From Anthoceros angustus (Eukaryota > Plantae > Anthocerotophyta): 64,000 bases of DNA. The position numbers and the translations under genes were made by a program. The notes under the pieces were generated by a model. That model was not told the origin of the DNA, did no database searches, and saw nothing but the letters and a program-made list of their open reading frames with translations. The first letter of the stretch is position 1; every line of letters begins with the position of its first letter. Positions 45,906 to 57,449 of this stretch are shown in pieces. The stretch lies in the NCBI GenBank assembly GCA_010909165.1, contig VJWM01000108.1:372001-436000 (forward strand). The letters are read 5' to 3'.

Positions 45906-46442
45906 TGTCAAAGGTGCTCATGCTGTTCAGAGGACAGGAGGTCCTGATCTCGTCGTCCGGCGACAACGTTACATGTTGCTGGTGACATGATCCAAGGATG
46001 CGGTGGGCAGCATACCTGAGTTGGTGCCCTGGAACCGAGCGACCCAGCATTTTCTTCTTGGGAAATCCATATGGCAGGCTGCAGGGCCAGAAGAACCGGT
46101 TGTATGGAAGTGTGACTGAAGTATTTTGATATCTGCAGTCCCTGCTTGAATTCAACCTGTTCTCCTCAACATGAAGCCCACAAGTGGAACACGCTACGCA
46201 AATATGCAAACAGCCAGGCAAGATTTGGCCAACTAAGTTTTCGTCTCTACTTTGCGCAGCCCGTCAAAGTAACTGATCTGAGCCGGTGAAAAATGTGAGA
46301 GGATACGCAACACATAGCCAAGGCTGGAGACCTTAGGGTAAATTCGGAAAAATGAAGATGGCCTGCTTTACGGCAAATATGACATGGTCGTCGGACGAGG
46401 GATGGGCCCAGTGCAGCAGTCCCACAATGGCAAAACCCAGGC

Positions 46443-49400
46443 CTAGTGCCCATGATCGAGATTATCATCATCGTCATCCTTGGGCCTGGATAAGATCGCC
46501 TCTATCCTTTTGGCTGCCTCTTTCCTGCCGAGAGAAGTAAAAGGCGTTCAATAAGATTTATGATTCGATAGGATAGGAAGGCTGTAGGCAGAGCAATACA
46601 CACCTGAGACATTTGGGAATGGAATCCCGATCCAAAAGGCCAACTACTTTGCGACCACGGTCCTGCCAGCGCTTCCCCCCTCGTGCCACGACAGGAACGT
46701 GATGCAGCCTTCTGGGCTCCATCAACTCCTGTGCCTCCCTCAACGTCAAATCTGGATACGCAACCACTATTCTCTCATCGTCTTCCCCAACCCCCTTGTC
46801 GGTGCAAATTGAGGCAACTAAAATAGAGTCCACCTGCAGCAAGCCCAGGACGTATTTCAGAGTAGGCTCTTCAAGGTAGCTGTCCGGTTGAAACAAATAT
46901 GCGAACACAGGTTTTACCTCAAACACAACCCTTTCCCCCTGTGACGCTTCCTTCATTGCCCTGAACACTTCTCTTTGCAGATCATCTAACGTAAAAATGC
47001 CTTCCAGTAAGTCGTTGTCATCTACCACGAGAGCACACTTTTGATTGACTTCAATCATAGCTGCTACAGTCTCCTTAACCGTGGCATTTGCAAGCACTTT
47101 CACAAAGCTTTTTGACATGGCCTGGGCCACCTGCGATTCGCACCACGTTTTAGTTTCCTCAATAGAAACAGTTTCGAGATAAACATCAACAAAACAGAAA
47201 CAGGCGATAGATGCAGCAGGGTGTCAATGTAACCTTCAGGGTATCAAGCAGCTCATCCTCCAATACCATCTCCGGTCCAGGCTGACCCTCCACCGTACAC
47301 AGTTCAACATCCCCGGCTGATTGCTTCCTCCAGACCCGCATCTGGCCTCCATTTACATGGTGGTCACCATCCGCACTTGGAGAGTAACTAGTAGGTGACT
47401 GAGGGACGGCTTGCAAGCCTGTTCTAATGCCAATCGACCCTAGCAGTTGCAAAGCAGGAAAGTTTTTGTCCTTGGCAATTGATGCCACCCATATGGCAAG
47501 CCCAACTGCGCCCTGTCATGACAAGCATGCAGAAAATGAGGCTAACAATAACATCCAGGCTTACATCTGAAGCAAGTTAATATTCACATCGGACAAAGTC
47601 GCTCAAAAGAACTCATTACCATGAGAGGAAGTAGTATGTGGTAGTCCTTAGTCAGCTCAAATAGGAGCAAAACTGATGTCAGAGGAACAGAGCATACAGC
47701 TGCCAGCAAAGCAGCCATTCCCACCTGCCAGAGACGTCACATGGGTCTCAAAACCGTGGCATGCAGAGTTTTCGCCCAGAGAGGAGGAGGACGACAGGAC
47801 ACCCTGCTTCCAACACTTCAACCACTACTACAAAGGGACATACCAGGGCATACGCTTGTGGATGTGCCACACCACCAGGTATTGCTGCATTTATTGCTTT
47901 CCCTGCTAAGCTTCCGTAAACTGAACCCACTGCCGAGCCTATGAACAAGCTAGGGGCATACACACCTCCGACAAGTCCAGAGCCACGACAAATGGATGTA
48001 GCGATGATTTTGGCTCCTGTCAACTGGACCAGCAGAAAAGCTCCAGGTGCTGAGGCAGTCTTCCCAGAGTGCAGAATCTCGTCCACGTTTGTAAACCCCC
48101 AATACAACACCCCAGGATATCTGAGCGCAATAATGCCAGTACAAAGCCCACCTAGAGCCGGTGTAACAGACAACGGTATTCCAATGCGGTCCTTCAGGAA
48201 GTCAAACCATCGAGTACAATAGGCAATGAGTCGAGTCAAAATCACGCAAACTACTCCACAGAGCATCCCCAGCAGCAGATAGAGAGGAAGTTCTGCCAGG
48301 GAAAACAAGGAGGAAACAGAGTCAGCCAACAGGGGGTGCTTACAAAGACTTGCAATCGAGATAAGCACCAACGTATACAATGGTTCAGAGCTTGCCTATA
48401 ACAAGAGCTTAGGTATCATACATAGCTTGCTACACAAAGATTTTGTATCCTATTGCCAGGTAAACTTTGCTGCCCACCTGCAGCGGATTTCAGTTCGTAG
48501 GTGGGCACATTAAAAGCTGGACTCTCCCCAAGCACAATCTGAGATACTGTTGACGATATCACAGATGCCAAAATAATCATTGCTGTTGTGAGGGGTGGTG
48601 AGTTCTCAGCATGCGCGGGTCTCAACACAGTCTCGATGGCAAAAAAGCATCCAGCCACAGGAGCGTTAAAGCCTGGACATGGACAAGAACACCGACATCA
48701 GTGAGTGAGGAAACACACCGCGAGTAAACGAGTGCTGCACAGCCACCAGCGTCAAGGATCCAACCAACCTGAGGCAATGCCAGCGGCTGCTCCAGCAGCA
48801 GTTAGGGCTACCCTTCTCTCCTTGTTGTTCTTCATAACTTCTGCACAGCCATGAGCCCATGCCTTGCCAATGTCCACGCTCGGCCCCTCCGGTCCTAGAG
48901 AACATCCAGTACCAAGCGTGGTAGCAGCCTGGACCGCCTTCACAACAGGCTTAGCTCCCCGTATCCAGTCGATTCGCTTCCTGGGGCCCCTGGGCTCGAT
49001 GGCGCTCAGCTGGTCCAAGATCCCAAGAATGGAATGCATCAACCCCACCAAAACGCCTCCAACCACAGGCAGGATCATGATCCGATGCCATGTGTCCGCC
49101 AACTTCTGCACCCGGAGCCAGGCAGCTCCCTCGTGAGGCGTCCCTGCCCATGCCAAGTTGTGTATGCCATGCACCTGCACCCAGAATCAACCATCTCAAC
49201 ACTCCAACATCCCTCTGGCAACCAGAAAACCGCACAACACCAGACCGCTCCAGATCCTCATCACTCACCCCTTTGTTGAACGCCACCACGCTGAGGCCCG
49301 TGGCGCAGCCCAGTCCGCATCCCAGCAACAGAAACGACCACTCCGGGGGAACCCGATCGGTCACCTGCTGCGAGACCTGCTGAGTCAGCGACGGCCTCCG

Positions 49401-49622
49401 CACCAGCACGGGAGGCAAAGCTCTGGCGCTCACTGACTGTCTCGGGGCAGCGGCCTCCCTGGAAGTGCTGGACTCACTCTGCCTCAGAATGGGGCGCAGC
49501 TCCCCCCGCGCTTCCACGTCCGAATCGGAGTCCGAGGAGGCCGAATGAAGCACTTGCCTGTAGCCCCCGCTGTGGTTGGCTGACATCCTCTCCGCGTTAT
49601 GCACAACTCCCGTTCCAGACAT
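46443..49622 (-). CDS. CLC-F: Voltage-gated chloride channel family protein with CBS domains, CLC-f type, multi-exon
   Basis: PPEWSFLLLGC...FNKG; AGTPHEGAAWLR; GTGCSLGPEGPSVDIGK; GCFFAIETVLRP; ELPLYLLLG; YWGFTNVDEILH; GSGLVGGVYAPSLFIG; CBS repeats. The last exon ends DNLDHGH-stop at 46443. The start at 49622 is tentative. Confidence 0.93.
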
Positions 49623-50329
49623 TGAGCGATGCGGAATCGTCGCTCGCCATGCCCGGGATCCCGACAAGGCCTACGCTATGGAGTGAGTTTCTCCGACCTG
49701 CTCACCTGCAGGGGTTGGAATTTGGCAGCCCTGCGCCAAGGCCCCCGCTCGTGAATTCTGCGAAAATGCGCCCATTGGAGGCACAGCCACGCTCACTTCC
49801 CAATCCTACCAGCGCGTACCAGGTACCAGGGGAGAGGAAGGCAGAGAGATGAATTGAATGGGAGGCCACCTCGCCGCTCTGCCCCCACGCATATCACACG
49901 CATAAGGGATCCAAACTCTGTGGCCCAGTCACTTGCGACCTAAATAATGCTCTCCTTCCAGACGCACGCACTGTCACTTCCAACTTTTTAACCCCAGGTG
50001 GATCGAGGGTCTCAAATCCAACTTTTGCTCCGTTTCCTCGTATTGCAGAATGGCAAGAGTGCACGAAAATTCGAGATGGAGAAAGGAATGGAGGTTGCGT
50101 GTTTCTCCTGAGAGCCTGAGGTCGTGCTGCATTCGCCGGCGTGGAGCATGCCCATCCGTGCGCGGCAAGGCCAAGAGAACGACTGCGTTGCTGCGAGCAA
50201 TCCCTGTGGTACCAGGAGGCCTGCCGCGTGCCGCCGCGCGGTCTTGCGGTGACTTTGTGACCGTTTTCCACCGGATGCACACCTACCACAGCCCGCTCCG
50301 CTCAAGGCGCAATCGGCGAAACCTGTCCC

Positions 50330-51010
50330 GCCGTCTGTGCGTTCGGACGGTTGCGCCATAGTTTATCGTTCTTGTTGCCTCGGCATATGCACCTTCCTAA
50401 CCTGGTTATTATTTTTGGCCCGGCCATCAGGTTTCGGTTGCGGATGTGGTTTTGGCCCGGCGACCAGGTTTTTTGTGGATGTGGTTGTAACCGATCTACC
50501 CGAGATATCGTCTCAATCCTTCGAGATGGGCGGTGGAGGGATGTGCATGGCGAAGGCTCGTAAGTACTCTTCTATGCAGGGTACGCCTTCATCGCCCTCG
50601 CCATCGAGACCCATGGAGTCATGGGCAAGGCCTTCTCTACGTTCCTTCAGGCATGTGCCCGGGAGTACCATAGTCGTAGGAGTGGGGTTGGCCTCCCTCT
50701 TTCTTGTCTTGTGGCTTTTTACAGGCAACGTGTGTCCATCATCCTGCAGCGGGCTTTGGCTAACGCAGTGTATAGGATGACGGCAAGCGCAGGGGAGGCG
50801 ACATCTTCGACACTGATGGTAAGTAGGCCCTTTCCTATACCCGATTTTGAAATTCCTAGCGCGGTAGGTAGCTACAAGATCGGCAACAACAGGGGTTGGT
50901 CCCCATGGTCTTGTGCCCTCCTAAGGGTTGTTTTCCCTTGTCTCGGGGTAGATAGGTTTTTTCCCCATCTCTTTTTCATAATAAAGTCTCCATTCTTCTT
51001 TGCTGGGTTG
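50330..51010 (+). mobile_element. Second CRE-like LINE 3' fragment (RLE region)
   Basis: FFVDVVVTD...AKARKY...MGKAFSTFLQACARE...FYRQRVSIILQRALANAV is homologous to 42304-42930. Confidence 0.7.
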
Positions 51011-51013
51011 CTG

Positions 51014-51205
51014 AGTTTGAATTGCAAATAGAGCAACCCCTTCTCTCAGCATGCGTTTCTGGGAGCTTAGCTGCTCCTTTTCACCACGACTCTCAGGGCT
51101 TCCCTTTGAGTGTCCTCTGCCAGATGGGTCTTTATACTAACTGCTAGGTCTAGCTGACTAACCATATTGGTACAGAACCAACGTGGTCTGCTATTATTTC
51201 TAACT
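51014..51205 (-). repeat. Copia 3' LTR (about 192 bp) with adjacent polypurine tract
   Basis: Minus strand reads ctgagagggag (PPT) then agttagaaataatagcagaccacgttggttctgta...gcaattcaaact; homologous to the solo LTR at 41951-42159. Confidence 0.7.
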
Positions 51206-52729
51206 CTCCCTCTCAGACACGTTGCCGTTCCGAGAGCTCCGAACTAAGAAAAGGAGATCACTACTAAAAGAAACTGCCACTGAAGGCTACCATCTCCGGC
51301 TCGGCTGTGACATCTTCTAGTCGCTTTTCTTGTGTGAGTCTGTCGTCGGAACTCCTGTGATGAGCACCGATCATGACCAGAGCAGAAGCAAGTCTTCAAC
51401 TTAAGTTATCTTCGTAGATGATGGAACAAACATGGAAAGCCTCACCAAATGAGTGATTTGTCTAGCGTCACATAGCTACTACAATCTACAAGTCCAAGCC
51501 CTTCTCTGTGGAAACAGTGTTTAAACTTGGGCAGAGACTTCGTCAGAACATCGGCCGTATTATCATCTGTTGATACATACTGTATCTTCACTAAGCCCCT
51601 CTCAGCAGCATCTCTAACATAATGATGTTGAATCTCAATGTGCTTAGTGCGGGCGTGAAACACAGGGTTAGAAACCAGGGCGATGGCTGACATATTATCA
51701 CAGTTAATAAACGTAGGTCCTGCTTGTTGCATACCCAAGTCTTCGCATAACTTCCTTTCCCACTCTGCCTCCTTAGTGGCTTCTGTGAGAGCTTTGTACT
51801 CCGACTCCGTGGAAGATAAAGATATAGAGGCTTGTTTCCTACAAGACCAATTTACAACAGTGGAGCCCGCGAGGAAGCAATAAGCCGATAAACTCTTTCG
51901 GGTGTCTGCATCGGAAGCCCAATCTGCATCGACATAGCAAGTCAATTGTAGACTCCTTTTGCCACTAGGCTTGTAGCAGAGACCATAGTTAGAAGTACCC
52001 TTGAGGTACCGCATAATTCTTTTAAGTGCTAGCCAGTGATCCCTTCCTGGGTTCTCAGAGAATTGGGCAACTGCATTAACAGTATTAGATATGTCTGGTC
52101 TTGTCCAGTTGCTTAGAAACATGAGGGTGCCAACCGCCATACGATAAGGTACACTCTCCATTTCCTTTTTCTCTTCGTCAGACTGTGGACAAGAAGATGA
52201 GGAGAGCTTAACACCAACAGCACCTGGAGTGGTAGCTGCTCGTGCATTCTCCAAGTTGAACCTCTTGAGCATCCCGGCTACATATCTACCTTGATGAAGG
52301 TAGATAGTTCCAGTGGATCTATCTTTGTGTACGTGCATTTCAAGAATGTATTTAACCTGACCCAGATCTTTCATTTCAAACTCCTTGCTGAGATCAGCCT
52401 TGATCTAGTTAACCAACTCCACATTGTTACCGGGGATAACTAAGTCATCCACGTATAATGCTATCAAAACAAGTGAGCTGTCCTTTTGTAGCACATACAG
52501 GTTAGTATCTGCTTCGCTTTGCACGAAGCCAATCTTCTTAAGATAAGAGTTAATTCTCTTGTACCACAATCGAGGACTTTGTTTGAGCCCATAAATAGAA
52601 CGAAGGAGTTTACACACCTTTTGCGGGAATCTCTTATCCTCATAATCCTCAGGTTGATCCATGTAGATCTCTTCTTCCAAGTGACCATAGAGGAAAGCTG
52701 ACCATAGAGGAAAGCAGTCTCTCCGGGGC

Positions 52730-55700
52730 TGTCGTGCCTGTTCATTGACTCAGGACTCACGTTAGCAAGAAGACGCACAAGGGTCTGCAAGGAAACGCGG
52801 CATCAACACCAAGAGAAGATGATTTACTCAGAGCAGCCTCAGCCCTCTTATACTATGCCGAAGGTCGGCGCCTTTATTACACCTCTATTCGGTGAGGCAG
52901 CTCGGTGTGCCTAACCGCCTACTATCCTCCCTATCCCCCTATCTCCGCCTGGTGGTGGGACCTGGATGGCCCCCGATTCCTTCTTGCACCGGCCCAAAGC
53001 CGAGCTCACGACGATCAGGCGCAATCGGATGATCCGCGAGGCGGACCCTTCCTCTCCCGAGGTCCGGGCACCTCGTAGTCTCGAGGACCTCGTAGTCCGA
53101 GGACCTCGTAGTCCGGACCTCGAGTCCGGACCTCGTGATCCGCACTGCCACCAGAGTCCGGATCTCTAAGTCCAGACTTCCTTCCGGGGACTTGAGTCGG
53201 CCTTCCTCAAGAGTCCGGACAAAGTCCACCCACTGCTCTCCTGCCTCCTCGGTGATCACGGGCTCATCCATCGAGCCCTCCCTTGGTTCCCGAATGCCCG
53301 GTTCGCCTTCCATGGCCTCCCAGGATCCTCCTCCCTTCCTTCCGCGAGGTGCCGAGTGCTTACCTCCCGATGTAGTGACCCTTTCTCCTTGGCTCCTCCC
53401 GCCTCCTCCTCCCTTCCGCCTCTGCTGCGCCATCAAACAGCGCTCCTAGGGTCCCCGTGGCTGCGCTGTCCCCGGGTCCTTCCTCCCTTGCTCCCTTCCG
53501 CCCCTTCTGGAAGTCCACCTCCTGCCTAGGGTGGCGCAGGACCTCCAAAGCCTTGAGGAGCTCTGCGTGGTAATAGGCGAAGTCGGAATCGACTTGTTGA
53601 ATCGCCTCCTCCACATGAGCCCGGAGCACCCGGTACTCCCTCCTCCAGAGGTGCTCCGGCAGCTGGGCATGTTGTCCAGCCTGCTGGCCCGTCTCCGTGG
53701 CTAAGCTTACCAACTGTAGGCGGGCGGACTCCCTTGATGCCGTCAAGGCGGCCTCCGTCACCTCCTGCCTCCTCGCCTCTTTCTCCGCCTCCTCCTCCTC
53801 CCTTGTTCCTCTGCGGTTTGGGCCATGGGTGAGCTCCCTCTCGCTTCACATGTAGGACGGCGCTTCTCCTCGTGCTTTCTTCCCTCCGTTTATCCTTTCC
53901 GAGGTCCGCTACTTCCTTCTCCGGGTGGGCGGTATCCCCGTCAGGCGGCCTCACGGCTTCCTCCACCTCCTGCGGCCTCGCGGCGTCAAACTCCTTGCAC
54001 GTCGCCTATTCTCCTCCGTCTTCAAGCGGGCTGGGCGCTCTATCTCCTCGAAGTCTTGAATTCTCTCATTGAGAACCCCTGCACTCCGTCGTCTTGGGTT
54101 GCGGCTCAAGGTATCCTTCTTGTCCTCCGGCTCCTGCCCGCCGCCTCTACCTCCTGCAGTGCACCACAGGGTCCCCGATCTCCCGGGTGCCGAGTGCTTA
54201 CCTCCCTGCAGCCGATCTTTCTCCGCCTCGGCCTCCGTCACCTCCTGCCGCCACAAACAGCCTCCTAGGGTCCCTGGTCTACTGCCCCTCGGGTCCTTCC
54301 TCCTTGCTCCCCTTCCGCCCTTCGAAGTCCACCTCCTGCGTAGGGTGGCGCAGGACCTCCAAAGCCTTGAGGAGCTGCTGGTAATAGGCGGTCGGAATCG
54401 ACTTATTGAATTGCCTCCTCCACATGAGCCCGAGCACCCTCCTCCTCCAGAGGCGCTCGGCATGGGCATGTTGTCTGCCGGCGGCCTGCCTCCGTGGCTA
54501 AGCTTTACTAACCGTAGGCGGGCGGACTCCTTGATGCCGCTGCGCCTCCCTCCTCCTCAGCCGCCGACGCTCTCCTCCTCCTCCGCCTCCCGCCGCTTAT
54601 GGGCCATGGAGCCGAGCTCCTCTCCGCTTCTCAGAATCGGACGAGTGCCCACCGCTTCTCCTCCAGTTTTCCTCCGCTTATCCTTTCCCGAGGTCCGCCA
54701 TTTCCTTCTCCGGGCCAGATCCGACTCCGACTTCCTCCACCTCCACTGCAGCCTCGCGATGCCAAACTCCTCAGCCGCTTATTCTCCTTCGCCTTCAAGC
54801 GGAGCTGGAGGCGCCCTATCTCCCGCTCAAGTCTCCTCATTGAGAACCCCTCACGCCCGGCGCGTTTTGAGTTGCAGCCCAAGGTATCCTTCTTGTCCTC
54901 TAGCTCCGCCCGCCGCCTCTACCTCCCTGCACTGCACCCCGAGGTCCCCGATCTCCGGGTCCGACCTCCGCCTCCTCACGGCTCGGCCGTGCACCGCTCA
55001 TTGCCGCTCGGCCTTGAGTTGGCAGCTACCCGTCTCCTCCACCGGTTCCAATCACGTCGATAGTGATCTCGGCCGACCTTTGGCTTCCGCCCGCTTGTGA
55101 GCCTCGCTGTCTGTTGGGCCGCCGGGCCTAGGTCTCGAGCCCTCTCGCCTCTGCTGCGCCTCCCTCCTTGGTTGGCGGAGATCCTCGGCCGTGCTTGGGC
55201 CTCCACATGCACCTTTGCTCACTCGGTGAAGAAACTTAGTCTGTCTCGAATGGACGGACTTCCTCTCGGCCTCCGGCGCTTCCTTCCTCGATGCGGCCGA
55301 GGCTTCGCCTTCCTCCTCGCCTCTGGGCCGCCTCCATCTCGCCTCCGGAGGAGCACCATCGCCTCCTTGTGGCTTCCACCTCCACAGGTCTTCTCGGCCA
55401 GAGACCCCAGGCATCATCCATGGCGGTAGCGGACCGCCGTGTCTCTTCCCGCAGTGAGTGAGGCCCCCAAGAAGTCCGTTGTGGGCGGGCATCTCTCATC
55501 CGCCAAGGACCTCCATACCTTGATCGGGAGGCGAGTCGGGCTCTCCGGACCTAATCGGGGCCCTTAGGTCCCGAGTATTGAGGTCCGAGCCTCACCTTCT
55601 TTGGCCCTCTTGGCCAATTCCTTGTTCGCCTCTTTCTCCACAGGGCTCGGAGGGTGAGGGGTGAGGCGACCTCTTGCCTCTCCCCGTCGGAGACAGGACC

Positions 55701-57449
55701 GGCTCCGGGTGGGGCTGCTGCCAGTGGCCTCCCGCTCCTTGGGCGGCGTCCCTTTCTGCCCTTCTCACCGCCTCTTCAGCTTCTTGCCACTCCGTTGGCA
55801 GGGGCAACGCAGGCGCCGTCGAGTGTTGCGTTGGCGGGTGGCACCGTCTTCCGCCTCTTGTTGACGAGTCCGTCGGGCTCATCGGCTGTGGTGGTGGTGG
55901 TCGTCAGCCGGGCCGGGCCCGGCTCATGAGCCGCCTCTGCTTTGCTGCTCGGTGGGGGCACCGGGAGGAGGAAGCGGGGATGTCCTCCACACTTCCCTTG
56001 GTGGCGAGGGAGTCCGCTCAAGCGTATGGAATGCAGGATTCCCTCCCGATCGTCTTCCTCCGCGCCCTCTTGCTCGGACGGGCGGGCTTCCACCTCACAG
56101 GTTCTTCCTTACGCCTCCGTGGGGCGGTCCCGGTCCCCCGAGGTCCGCGTGCCCCCACACATGAATTAAGAACGGCGATAACGCCGACGGAGGAGGCTTC
56201 TCACACCTCGGCTTGAGCTTCACGATTGATCTGGCGAAGATGATCCTTCCCGATCGCGCCTTCCTCTCTGCGCATGCGGGAACACCCGTGATTGTCACCA
56301 AGGTGATCTACCTTGGTGAGCATGTTCCGATGGACAATTATCCCGCCACCGCACCCTCCTGCCTAGCAACTCCGACATCGCCCACCATTGGTGGTCCGCT
56401 ATGCCTCGGCTGCGCCTGGCGCCGCCTATCTTCCTCCGGCCTTGAGGGGTTCTGGGACTACGCCCACCTCCTCCGGGCGGTTGTACACCGCCTCGTGGAC
56501 CTCCACCGCCCACCTCCCGGGTCCTCCTCAAGGCTCTTAGATCAACCTCCTTGTTGGCTGCCAACATCTTCCCGATTCCCTGACTAGGGTGACATCACAA
56601 TGTCCAGACACTGAAAACGTCCAGTGCCACTCTCGACCAACTCCCCGCCTCCAGCCCACGGCCCAAGTCCGGATAGCGCCGGGTGACAATGCGCCCACTG
56701 TTCCATGGCGCCCACCAAGTTCCATGGCGCCCGGACCTCCGCCGCTTGGGTCCCATCTCCCGCCTTCGCCCCGCTGCTGGAGTGTGAGGCTCAGCCGCCC
56801 GCCCTGGCCGCAACGCCAATTGCTTCCTCCGCGTCGAGCCGCTACGGCGGTGTCTGGTGATCAAAGACAACGCCAGAGGGCCGGTGTCCGAGCGAGAGCA
56901 AAGCAAGATCGCTGGGTTACTTGGGAGAATGACCTCCGCCTTGCCTCTCGCTGGCGAGTAACTGCATGAGGGGTGGCTCTTGCTATCCAGAATCGCTGGG
57001 GCTCGCATGGCTTACTCGCCTTACGCCCGCCTACTCGCCTTACGCTTCCGCCTACTCGGCCTTACGCCGCCGCCAAAGACGAACGTGAATACCGCTATAA
57101 CGGCCCATGGCAAGGCTACGGCCCTGGCCTGCTGCATGCCCGCCTTCCATTCCGGCCGCCCACGTGGCGCCCGCCCGCCTAACTCTCACCCAACTTCTAA
57201 GTTACTTCTCATGCTTTTATCCTGCTTTTGACCCGGAGTGGGGTCCGGACTTATCCCAATACCTGCGGGTCCGAGGTTCTCAGAGTGGCACTGAGGTCCA
57301 CCTACTCGAGTCCGAGTGCACTCCGGAGCACAGTCCGGAGTGCCGTCCGTGCTAATTCCTCCTTTTCCGCCTTATTTTACACTTCGAACCTACGAAAAAA
57401 GCAAAACCCAACTTATTTCCTAACCCCCAAGATGAGTCCGTAGCCCACA
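52730..57449 (-). mobile_element. GC-rich 4.7-kb insertion in the Copia RT; TG...CA ends, internal ~800-bp diverged duplications, coiled-coil-like ORF remnants; class unresolved
   Basis: Host RT breaks between LALCVELNFDI (57450) and TAFLYGH (52719). Ends are tgtcgtg / cccaca. Repeated units occur at about 53340-54150 and 54150-54950. Confidence 0.6.

Noticed and set aside
50240-50340. Telomere-repeat targeting by the CRE-like LINEs
   Set aside because: The second copy has no TTTAGGG in its flanks, so site specificity is unsupported here.
52939-57355. Numerous overlapping GC-rich ORFs as host genes
   Set aside because: Low-complexity open frames on both strands inside a nested insertion, with no recognisable domains.
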